From: a virus
Taxonomy: Duplodnaviria > Caudoviricetes
Direction: 5' to 3' (one strand)
IMG/VR virus record: IMGVR_UViG_3300031519_000226
Span: 1-24,014 of that record
Length of the DNA: 24,014 nucleotides
The translations under genes were made by a program, and so were the position numbers. Under the pieces are notes generated by a model. That model had not been told where the DNA came from and ran no database searches. It was given only the letters and a program-made list of their open reading frames with translations. The number at the start of each line of letters is the position of its first letter. The first letter of the stretch is position 1. Shown piece after piece: positions 9,001 through 14,369 of the stretch.

Positions 9001-11375
9001 TCGTCAGATTTTGTAGCAAGTGTATCAGCAAATACAGAGTTAGCAATTAGATTACTTTGAGTAGCTTCGGCTGGTCTAATAATAACTGTGCTACCACGTG
9101 CACGCATTGAGATGTCACCAAACTGAGAACCAGAGTTGTTCAAAGTCATTTGACCACCGTCTAATGCAAAGAACGCTTGGCGTGTAAAGATTGACAAGGA
9201 ACCAATTCCGTTAACACCAGCACCGTTCTTAGCAACATAACCTGTACCGTTTTGAGTACGAGGTGTGAAACCAAAACATAGTACGTATGTGTAAAGTGAG
9301 TCAGTATCTAGTACAGCTCTATCTGCAAGTAAACAACCGCCGCCACGACCAACTAATCTATTAGGGAAGTCATCGATGCCTATACTTTCAACTGTACCTG
9401 TACCGCCGCGTTGTGCGTAAAGAATATCTCCAGCTTCAACATTTCCTTTGAGGTTACGAACGTAAATCTGACGATTTGAATTAATATCATCAATATAAGA
9501 AACATAACCAGTAGCACCACTTGAGAATGTAACTTCATCATCTACTTCAAATAAGCTTTGAGCAGAGTGACCTGCAACTAAATAGAATTCTTGACCTAAA
9601 TCAAGGATGGTACCTTTTGAGTTAAATGGATTTAACGGAGGTTCAACATCTAAACGGTTAAAGTTTGAAAGCTGTGTAGAGTCACGAAGATAAGGTGAAC
9701 GTCTTAGCAATGCACCTGGACGGTAAGCAATAGCGAAGCCACCTTCTGGTTGGTCAAAGTTATCAACTTCAAAGTTCATATAACCAAAGCCTTGAACATA
9801 ACAACCAGAACCAACTAAAATACCGTTAGTACGTTCGAAACCTTTTTTCTTCTGAATTACTGTTGCATACTGACCAGCAGTTGATGTCATTGAGCAGTCA
9901 TCAGGTAACATAATTGGTTCATCAACATAGTAAGTACCAGGACCTACTGAGATGTGAACTGCGTTATTAATGTCGTTACGATCGTATGATCCACCAGCTT
10001 TTTCTAACGCAAGTCCCTCTGCACGTTTTAGTGTGCGAACTGGTTGTAGAATTGTACCTGGATAATCATCGTTACCGTCTGAAGCAACGTGCACTTTAAG
10101 AGATTTTTCTGTTTTCTTTGAGAACTCATCGTACAATTGACGGTAAGTCATTTTCTCTGTATCGCCAGTTTTGACGTTCTTAAGAGCAAAGTAACTATCT
10201 TCGTCGAGCATTGGCTCAAATACTTTGGTAAGTTCCATATCGAAGTCAACTAGTTTAGACTCTTCGATTGTTGAATTAGCTACTGTACCGTCTTTAAATT
10301 CTGAATTTTCAATAACAGATTTTTGCTGGCCTAAACCGTCTGTGCTTGAACTCGTAATTGTCATGTTCTGAGCAACTACGTTATCCAAAGTACCTTGGAA
10401 AGATGAGTTAGTAATAACGTTATTTGCTAATGTGCCATCTTGAATAGTAGTATTAGTAAATATATTATTGTTACCAGTACCGTCAGAGAAATCTGAACTT
10501 GTGATATTAGTATTGTTTGCAGTACCGTTATTAAACGCTGAGCTTGTAATAGTAATATTATTTGCAGTTGTATCAATGATTGACGAGTTACTAATAGTAG
10601 TATCCCAAATAAAACCATTAGAGAAACGAGAGTTTGTAATATCAACATCATCTAGATCTGTGTTAATAATCGTAGAGTTAGAAATTGCGGTATCATAAAT
10701 TGTAGAATTACCGGAAATTGCTGTGTCGCGTATCGTACCGTTTGAGAAGTCGGTAGTAATAATTACTGAGTTAGACATTAACGCATCTTCGAGAATAATC
10801 TCGTCAATTGTAATGTTTGTAAGGATTAAACCGTTTGCTGTACCTTGCTCAATTGCAACGTTTGCGAATGTAGAATTATCAACAGCAGAGTTGGTAAAGA
10901 TATTGTTGTTGCCAGTACCATTAGAAAAATCTGAGTTGTCAATGGCCATGTTATTAGCAGAGCTATTAGTAATTACAGCATTATCAATGGTTGAATTAGT
11001 TAGAACAACATTATTACCAGTGCCATCATTAAACTCAGAACTAGTGATTACTGAGGATGTCTGTGTAATATTGTTTGCTGTAGAGTTTTGAATATCAACG
11101 CTGCTTATCGCACTACCTATGATAGTACCGTTATTATAAGCAGAATCATTAATAATTACTGAGTTGAGAGTCGAAGCTGACATAACAACGTTAGAAATTC
11201 TTCCACCAGTAATTATAATTCTATTGAATATCTCGTACTGTAGAGCTTGAACCATCTCTTTTCGTGTGATGTTCTTGGTACCATCATCACCTTGGATCAA
11301 GTTCACGATGACGAATAAATCCTCGGATCTTGTGTTAGCGCCTTTTATCGGACCTAGTTCTGAAATCAACGACAT
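1..11375 (-). CDS. Giant (>=3791 aa, 3' end outside window) multi-domain putative virion structural protein: N-terminal pentapeptide-like beta-helix, pectin-lyase-like beta-helix, then 11+1 CxRD phycobiliprotein-like helical repeats interleaved with 12 beta-rich modules
   Basis: ATG at 11375-11373 (MSLISELGPIKGANTRSEDLFVIVNLIQGDDGTKNITRKEM...), preceded by AAAAAGG and a TATAAATA late promoter. Every segment I translated by hand is open in the same frame, down to ...GSDKAARSFVGALFNIDAQH at position 3. An internal stop would have put a long ORF in the track, and none is listed, which fits one ORF running off the edge. The structural role is inferred from the late promoter and neighbouring genes. 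Confidence 0.93.
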   Translation of the reverse strand, partial: MSLISELGPIKGANTRSEDLFVIVNLIQGDDGTKNITRKEMVQALQYEIFNRIIITGGRISNVVMSASTLNSVIINDSAYNNGTIIGSAISSVDIQNSTANNITQTSSVITSSEFNDGTGNNVVLTNSTIDNAVITNSSANNMAIDNSDFSNGTGNNNIFTNSAVDNSTFANVAIEQGTANGLILTNITIDEIILEDALMSNSVIITTDFSNGTIRDTAISGNSTIYDTAISNSTIINTDLDDVDITNSRFSNGFIWDTTISNSSIIDTTANNITITSSAFNNGTANNTNITSSDFSDGTGNNNIFTNTTIQDGTLANNVITNSSFQGTLDNVVAQNMTITSSSTDGLGQQKSVIENSEFKDGTVANSTIEESKLVDFDMELTKVFEPMLDEDSYFALKNVKTGDTEKMTYRQLYDEFSKKTEKSLKVHVASDGNDDYPGTILQPVRTLKRAEGLALEKAGGSYDRNDINNAVHISVGPGTYYVDEPIMLPDDCSMTSTAGQYATVIQKKKGFERTNGILVGSGCYVQGFGYMNFEVDNFDQPEGGFAIAYRPGALLRRSPYLRDSTQLSNFNRLDVEPPLNPFNSKGTILDLGQEFYLVAGHSAQSLFEVDDEVTFSSGATGYVSYIDDINSNRQIYVRNLKGNVEAGDILYAQRGGTGTVESIGIDDFPNRLVGRGGGCLLADRAVLDTDSLYTYVLCFGFTPRTQNGTGYVAKNGAGVNGIGSLSIFTRQAFFALDGGQMTLNNSGSQFGDISMRARGSTVIIRPAEATQSNLIANSVFADTLATKSDEIVDDMVYHLTANVASGGLGYQGYNADKCFRDTGILVDNTGYDIATNSNYWGRLNGISYSSPISQVVKAEQLTETVGSIVHLKDSMTSVNGGIFGYSGADLKGRINTSLDETLNILENGEAAANPIIFSDTGKSDQTGAREVVQQNRDLIISEFVDWIDNNEEFYAYDSVKCERDVQEYILPAVKYDMMLDTNYNAVTSGLAYYVNTARTSLENQRNETVASFKRLRKTTDELIQANSAPAAQDAYDAFSTVIDTISNVGDKFTPTKATYDPVTGMMVITIGTHNLEVGRYVNLAEESFTFTCSSDNFKTKLSHPRKSEKAYLAALPIVAKSAKTITVNPGLTAANFEHRFVEAKDNAVSVIGNAITFSDNSGISADKRNARKHLQANKEFVQDYMMEWADNEWYFYDSKKCHRDTEEYILPAVQRDMILGTNYNAIQTGAAYRTKSGEVSVTDQLVQTVGSIDYLKTRAAMFIGDNSIAVDRSNDSFDEMKRLLNNNGKKYTPSAAAYDPASGSIDLTIGSHDFNIGDEIYIEPHSLVFTCALDGNATKHAYPATQFLNFTPTLATYDVASGEFSATIGTHTLKVGDKVEFKPSSIVFTCELDNDVTNHPAPESHHPFYKKQITITKVDATKIYMNVGGIVNGGGVHTFVSASDNCMQAEKMHPAYKKPIMITDRTSTAITVNVGESSDTSVHTFVSATTNAIREAGMWTGKFTPQTASYDPVSGDLEVTIGNHDLPVGKWIQIAPESMVFSCDVGGVVGTDLSPLSDHPAYKEPVRVKAITSNTITVNVGNAGGHANNHTFVSATEDSIDSNALFFSDSAKVLKAFTPTDATYDPVTGVFVVTIANHGLTTDDHIELQPQSFVFSCAANGGGNDFSPRIGDYAYKLPLKVDSVTTDTVTINVGNAGTNTDVHTFVSADEGAVVQVGASQQGTYAARQLQKNKKFLQDEVVSWLDTNYFIYDRDKCSRDTGFILDSVSRDLASGSNVNSVYTGKGYRIGTVGANNVVNNQLTQTVGAITWLKGQVGTDLLSGTGLTRANSAFDEIIDIMTNGNANADAVYFGDKAVSNDARRARGALQVNKSFIQKEIIAWITAEYPNFVYNTAACERDMGIFVDLASWDIQHGSNAATANQTRLYFENAIPVLDDEEVAPTSAAYKFASELVGQIIRNEVVTPLQVVVTQTIVETEAYTPTTATYDPATGDFVMTMAGHTLNVNDRITLDDNSFTFTCDMDGDVAQKTYPRPSIDPMANRSINITETTTNTVTVNVGASGPNKYFTPSAADYNAATGDMIVTVGQHGLGVGRSVVLENNSFTFTCDQDGGATQHTYPRVGSDPYAGASIAITAVGSTNHTPTNAVYSAATGDTVLTIPLHGFSNGDYIMMDDYSLNYTCVMDNNTVSKGYPRATDYASGRWLIVSDVTTNTFKVNVGPSDYTGSHTFVSANADAIKRQDGTFTIDVGNAGSAAGSVHTFVSATTNAIKHEPQSPHAFVSVTANAVKAATMSEAYTPTNVAYDHISGVMTMTMAGHTLTEGDYVIFAENAITLNCASNGGGNLSHPRPSDPIFNTPVRIDSVTASTITLQVGPANVNAAHTFVSALTDGVRRSVGPKVSTAAEKLFADIGTTILENDGTIVEIFEPNFASLSGGYDATLVAQYENVQGSAPKYQEEIITYINEQYNGLAYNVGKCPRDVGYIVDAISEDLEYGGDSATVHAARYYFEGAINVLPMYQRKPTKLAFTHLADIVEDVISETLVLPTFGAQFTPTDATYDPDTGIMVATIGSHTLTTSDYIWFEPVGITFSCDTGSGPTNHAVPEAHHRFYNKPCPIIGADATTITLWVGAAATYSGVHTFVSALSNALKEVNGNLTSQNMSGIAADATTATLGKTLTNVISSIVDDRLVIPDYAGSLDISQQTPANLPTENLVTKPKMEPSRTFARKSLQWNRTFIQEEIIQFVKDNNYTFDEAKCARDAGFIIDAVRRDVQTGSTYNGKYIGKSYRIGTVGADKVIQDQLAETIEGIQYVQKDIEAQLSGVALSRAQISFSNIIDAMVNDYTPDGTNYSFGIGHVSDNHFDARTGLQLNRAFMQAEATAWIDVNYPGLSYDVAKCQRDTGIMVDAVAYDTQHESNSAMLDVAKLYFENGLSTLSAAQRAPTAALYTHLSAVASQIVLKQTVSKSTGNAAVQNTSFGVVTAPVAQHITSLWKIVGDLIADDSLINMPQLVEAKTATAGADGYLYETEAELVGSRKDNLQATITNYLRENFGYLEYDEDRCRRDTGYIVDAISHDIQYGGNAAMHGTAELYFKNAVNILPADQRSSTREAFEHLGKIVNHVIRNEAVPRKEGRKFTPSSATYDPDTGIFTATMANHNLKVGDYIMIAPESIVFTCALDGNLHQHPAPEAHHPYYNAPMKITARTGTTITMNVGKVPYGRGGGAHTFVSATMNAITHITGNTVRQEMKYRAARRTISAEAMNLATMLAKVADDNSPANIPSRIDPNTNWVHADLITAKNAIDDNSIQMAKDLQIYISETYNGISYSKEKCRRDVGVMIDSLSHDVNYTTNYAMLMTAGLYFEGSTSILPVDQRQQTAKFFTEMAKVVEAIVQGQTTYQTGFTSTDATYDPDTGYFTATIDAGHGLEIGDYVSFEPASFTFSCDTGSGATNHAVPEAHHPYYDQPCPILYVEGNVITMWVGAAASYSGVHTFVSATTEGLKKAVRTWTTQDTTNTNATAVEGEEVADLVRIVENAIRRDSTDGLPAIVEPNTSWVNASKVEAGRIIDDNLDELADDITKFLKDTFTIIDYSKAKCRRDAGYIIDAMSWDLNYGGNLATRWNADFYYWNNELRIPEDTRVATAKAYRQLGKIVSQVVIGKLAGQAIRSELGTTTQEAQAIKLGDILHNVMFYNTQTALGPVNEPNFEWETNKEYRFAKTILNNNKTMLQREVQRFITSTYKFIDLPKTYRDGLNFLKVMQNDFNGRVIDPSVGTVGSDKAARSFVGALFNIDAQH
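100..9035 (-). repeat. Tandem helical repeats with a C-x-R-D motif (11 intact, 1 degenerate), phycobiliprotein/globin-like
   Basis: In-frame Cys codons start (plus-strand coordinate) at 8916 (KCFRD), 8487 (KCERD), 7767 (KCHRD), 6102 (KCSRD), 5682 (ACERD), 3945 (KCPRD), 3108 (KCARD), 2688 (KCQRD), 2196 (RCRRD), 1392 (KCRRD) and 600 (KCRRD). A degenerate KTYRD lies at 144. Uninterrupted spacings are 143, 140, 140, 164 and 152 aa. Confidence 0.9.
880..8220 (-). repeat. 12 copies of a ~95-100-aa beta-rich module (FTPTxATYDPxTG...HxLxxGD...FTC...HxxP...TITVNVG...HTFVSAxxNA)
   Basis: Copies start near 8216, 7499, 7322, 6863, 6521, 5435, 5174, 4952, 4487, 3728, 1979 and 1181 (translated by hand). 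Confidence 0.9.
9095..10098 (-). other. Pectin-lyase-like right-handed beta-helix domain in the giant protein
   Basis: Begins with the typical cap VHVASDGNDDYPGTILQPVRTLKRA...HISVGPGTYYVDEPIMLP, continues through SPYLRDST and GGGCLLAD, and ends ...FFALDGGQMTLNNSGSQFGDISMRARG. Recognised by motif only. Confidence 0.65.
10255..11210 (-). repeat. Low-complexity Asn/Ser/Thr/Ile pentapeptide-like repeat region (predicted beta-solenoid) in the giant protein
   Basis: About 5-residue periodicity, e.g. ITSSEFNDGTGNNVVLTNSTIDNAVITNSSANNMAIDNSDFSNGTGNNNIFTNS. The unit S(D/E)F(S/N)(N/D)GTGNNxxxTNS recurs. Confidence 0.7.
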
Positions 11376-11406
11376 TATCGAGTACCTTTTTAAATGTATT
11401 TTCTTT

Positions 11407-11414
11407 TATTTATA
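11407..11414 (-). promoter_or_regulatory. T4-type late promoter (TATAAATA) for the giant gene
   Basis: Exact TATAAATA on the minus strand, intergenic, about 32 nt upstream of the ATG at 11375. It matches the gp55-dependent late promoter consensus of T4-like phages. Confidence 0.8.
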
Positions 11415-11419
11415 TAAAT

Positions 11420-11447
11420 CTGTCACGGGATGCCTTGCGTCTGACAG
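11420..11447. terminator. Imperfect intergenic hairpin, possible terminator or RNA processing site
   Basis: CTGTCA...TGACAG outer arms with an inner GATGC-CTT-GCGTC stem, just after the stop of the 170-aa gene. It is followed by TTTTATTT on the plus strand but only ATTTAT on the coding strand. Confidence 0.3.
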
Positions 11448-11453
11448 TTTTAT

Positions 11454-11966
11454 TTACTCTGTCTTCCATAAGATTAGATCATCTGCCGCATCATAGTATT
11501 TACGTTCGCGAATTAAAGATGCTTTATAAGACTCTATTTCTTCTTCATTATTTAGTACAGAACCGTCTATACCTTTTGCAAACCACCATTTGTTATCATC
11601 GTATTCTACTGTAGGTATGTTTTGTAATTCATCTAACGAACCTGTAAACAGAGATGTGCTAGATGCGTCTGTCCATCTCCATTCAGAAGTTGGTTCAAAG
11701 TTTCCAACGGCAGCCATGAACGTGGTGTTCATTCTTTTCATACGAAATATAGTCAGCGCGCGTTCTCTACTAATAGTAAAAACTGGTGAGCCTATTTCTA
11801 CACATATTTCGTTAAGTCTGTCTAGAAATAGCATATCATTAGTTACAAAAGCTTCTGCTTCTGTAATTGTGTTAATTTCTGACGGCAAGTATCTTTCAGC
11901 GTATATTTTAGATGCTTCACACAAACCGCTTGATTTTTCTTCTAAGTATTTTTGTCTTTTGTTCAT
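11454..11966 (-). CDS. Hypothetical protein (170 aa)
   Basis: ORF with a TAATG stop/start overlap with the upstream adhesin gene, suggesting translational coupling. No family recognised. Confidence 0.8.
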   Translation of the reverse strand: MNKRQKYLEEKSSGLCEASKIYAERYLPSEINTITEAEAFVTNDMLFLDRLNEICVEIGSPVFTISRERALTIFRMKRMNTTFMAAVGNFEPTSEWRWTDASSTSLFTGSLDELQNIPTVEYDDNKWWFAKGIDGSVLNNEEEIESYKASLIRERKYYDAADDLILWKTE

Positions 11967-13012
11967 TATACACTTCCCCAGAAAACGCCGTTGTCTAAGT
12001 TAACAGCTGAGAATGTTCTGTCTGTTTTAATAGCTTGACCACCAGTACCACCAGCTCTGGTTCCTGTTGTGCCACCAGATTTACCCCAGCCTCCGCCGCC
12101 TCCGCCGCCATTACTTACTGCAGTACCGCCTGCGTTATTTCCTGATCCACCAGCACCACCGTTTTCACCAGCTTCACCGCCGCCGCCTGCACCACCAACA
12201 CCTGGAAGTATTCTACCTCCACCGCCACCGCCGGCTGCGCCACTATCTTCACAACCGCCTTCATTATCGGCACCACCACCGCCGCCGCCTGCGCCGCCTC
12301 CTGAGCCGCCACCGGCTTGAGATGCGTTACCACCGCTAGTACCAGACGCGTTAAGAATTCCACCTGAACCGCCTTGCGCATTATTATCAGAACCAGAACC
12401 AGTACCACCTGCTCCACCGCCTGCGCCTCCTGCGCCAGTACCTCGGGCGCCTGCTCCACCTCCGCCACCGCCTGCAACGTATCCAAAATTAAAAACAACA
12501 AGCGGGCCTTCTCCTAATACTTCTAGAGCTGGACCACCAGCTCCACCAGCTGTGTTTGAGTTACCGCCTCTGCCGCCCATGCCAATAATATTACCTCTAT
12601 TTCTTATAACATTCAGACCCGTCATAGATGCTGGTATAGTTAATCCAGCTTTAGATGTGGTGCTTGACCATAACCAATAATCTAACGGGATTTGAATGTC
12701 GTAATTTCTAGTTGGATCGGTATAACCCATAGCTTGTAAAGATTCCCACAAATCACAGTTATTACGATTATATTTCGAATTGATTTGACTGTCTGAAATA
12801 GCAACCCAGTCGTCGCCAACCACGTAGATAATATTTGATTTGCCGTAGAAATCACTAAACTTAATTTCTCCAGAAGTTGGTAAACCAATCCCGGCAGGTA
12901 AGTTATAATATTCTGACAGTAAGTAAGGCTTACTACCGAAGTTAGACCCAAGCGATTTAAATTCGTCATGAATTTCAGTAAATGAAAGAGGTCCGTTGCT
13001 CTTAATAGTCAT
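11966..13012 (-). CDS. Glycine-rich tail-fibre tip adhesin, T2/S16 gp38-like
   Basis: N-terminal module ends ...LPTSGEIKFSDFYGKS. It is followed by NRGNIIGMGGRGG...GGAGGPALEV...FNFGYVAGGGGGGAG and repeated Gly-rich segments (GGGGGGGWGKSGG), the layout of gp38 polyglycine-II adhesins. It lies directly downstream of a fibre gene with an intramolecular chaperone. Confidence 0.7.
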   Translation of the reverse strand: MTIKSNGPLSFTEIHDEFKSLGSNFGSKPYLLSEYYNLPAGIGLPTSGEIKFSDFYGKSNIIYVVGDDWVAISDSQINSKYNRNNCDLWESLQAMGYTDPTRNYDIQIPLDYWLWSSTTSKAGLTIPASMTGLNVIRNRGNIIGMGGRGGNSNTAGGAGGPALEVLGEGPLVVFNFGYVAGGGGGGAGARGTGAGGAGGGAGGTGSGSDNNAQGGSGGILNASGTSGGNASQAGGGSGGGAGGGGGGADNEGGCEDSGAAGGGGGGRILPGVGGAGGGGEAGENGGAGGSGNNAGGTAVSNGGGGGGGWGKSGGTTGTRAGGTGGQAIKTDRTFSAVNLDNGVFWGSV

Positions 13013-13015
13013 GGC

Positions 13016-14182
13016 TTACTTTCCTACTTTTTCGTTCAATTCCTTGATAGCTTCGATTAATAAACCAATTACGTTACCGTGCCTGACCGCGTATATAGCT
13101 TCGCCAGTATCTGGGTCTGTGGTTTCGTAAACAGCTTCAGGTAAAACTTCCATAAGTTCTTGCGCCATAACACCAGTCATTGGTTCATCAGGCCTTGATT
13201 TATAGTTAAATGTATAACCTCCAAGCTGTGAAACTTTATCTAACGCGTTATCGATTGGTGTGATATTTTCTTTTTGTCTTCTATCTGAAACAGTACCAAA
13301 ACCAGTAACCTCGCCTGTTGAGAATACTGAACCAAAGGTAACATCAGAAGTTATAGCGACAGTTTGTCCAATGGAAAACTCACCTGTTACTGCACTGTAA
13401 GACATGCCCGTTCCTCCCGAAACAGCGCCTCTTACTCTGGCATTTGTGTAATATAAGTTATTTGTACCTTCTGTTAAGCCATTCGTCGAGTGGTTTGTTA
13501 AACTTGAAACTGTACCGAGAACGTTACCAGTAAATTGAGCTACACCTGATGGAAGTCCATTACCATTTTCAAATACTTTACTTGTGCCGTTAGAAGCGTA
13601 AATGTCACCAACATGATCACCAGTAAACGTACCGCCTGTCGCGGTAGTAAACGATACTGTATTTGCTACAACATCACCGTTAAACGTACCGGTTAAAGTG
13701 ATATCGCCAGTAATATTTGAATTTCCAGATACATTTAATGTAATAACATCAAGCGTACCAGCAGGAGAAAGTTTAAGTTTAGTAGTTCCTGCACCAGTAT
13801 CGATAACAAAATTACCGTCTGTTGAATTATCGATTCCAACATCCCATGATAATGTTCCATCTGTATATCTTGTTTGTCCGCCTGTTCCAAAATTGAAAAC
13901 CGAAACTTGTTTAGAGTTACCATTTATTTGTATAGGAGCATCAACAGCAATTCTTGCATTAGATGAATACGCTTCAATTTTATCAGCTTTAAACAACGTA
14001 TCTGCGTATACATTATTGGCTTGCATGTCACCGTTAATAAAAGCATCACCTACAGTAGTATCTCCTAAAGCAGTAGCGGTAATAACTGAAGTACGCATAA
14101 GATCAACCATTTCGTTGGTTTTGTCAAACCAATTTTGAAATGTTTGGGTAGTAGTAATATTTTGAATATTTGGTTTTGCCAT
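13016..14182 (-). CDS. Tail-fibre-like protein with a C-terminal Peptidase_S74-type intramolecular chaperone
   Basis: C-terminal SDRRQKENITPIDNALDKVSQLGGYTFNYK...GVMAQELMEVLPEAV...LLIEAIKELNEKV is the S74 autocleaving chaperone pattern. N-terminal TQTFQNWFDKTNEM and internal STNGLTEGTNNLYYTNARV resemble motifs I recall from marine phage fibres. Confidence 0.85.
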   Translation of the reverse strand: MAKPNIQNITTTQTFQNWFDKTNEMVDLMRTSVITATALGDTTVGDAFINGDMQANNVYADTLFKADKIEAYSSNARIAVDAPIQINGNSKQVSVFNFGTGGQTRYTDGTLSWDVGIDNSTDGNFVIDTGAGTTKLKLSPAGTLDVITLNVSGNSNITGDITLTGTFNGDVVANTVSFTTATGGTFTGDHVGDIYASNGTSKVFENGNGLPSGVAQFTGNVLGTVSSLTNHSTNGLTEGTNNLYYTNARVRGAVSGGTGMSYSAVTGEFSIGQTVAITSDVTFGSVFSTGEVTGFGTVSDRRQKENITPIDNALDKVSQLGGYTFNYKSRPDEPMTGVMAQELMEVLPEAVYETTDPDTGEAIYAVRHGNVIGLLIEAIKELNEKVGK

Positions 14183-14183
14183 T

Positions 14184-14369
14184 CTACTTCTCTATCTTAT
14201 CTAGTCTGTCTGTTACATTTAACAATAGACTTTTTATTTCATGTATCTCTTTGCTTAGATTTTCTACTTTTCTATGCAACGCTCTTTCTTGCTTATATTT
14301 ATTTAAAGCCGCGACGTCAGTATTGAGTATTGCTGATGAAGAATCTCTGATTAAACCGCGATTTATCAT
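14184..14369 (-). CDS. Small coiled-coil protein (61 aa)
   Basis: ATGA overlap with the upstream gene and a 1-nt gap to the downstream gene. LIRDSSSAILNTD plus a heptad C-terminus resembles the small gene that follows the VrlC-like gene in marine T4-like phages (from recollection). Confidence 0.75.
   Translation of the reverse strand: MINRGLIRDSSSAILNTDVAALNKYKQERALHRKVENLSKEIHEIKSLLLNVTDRLDKIEK

Noticed and set aside
100-9035. Calling the repeats genuine cpc/apc/cpe genes, or assigning a cyanobacterial host
   Set aside because: They are domains of one giant ORF, appear to lack the N-terminal X/Y helices, and were matched by eye only. Nothing in the window identifies the host.
86-11496. Many short ORFs (60-122 aa) on both strands in the ORF track
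   Set aside because: They are antisense or off-frame shadows of the giant minus-strand ORF (11375 to <1), which the track omits because it has no stop codon in the window.
12067-12501. Pro-rich (12069-12320), His/Arg-rich (12067-12339) and Ala/Val-rich (12115-12501) ORFs, and the local GC spike
   Set aside because: All are by-products of the GGN codon runs in the glycine-rich adhesin. They are not separate genes, and the GC spike is not evidence of horizontal transfer.
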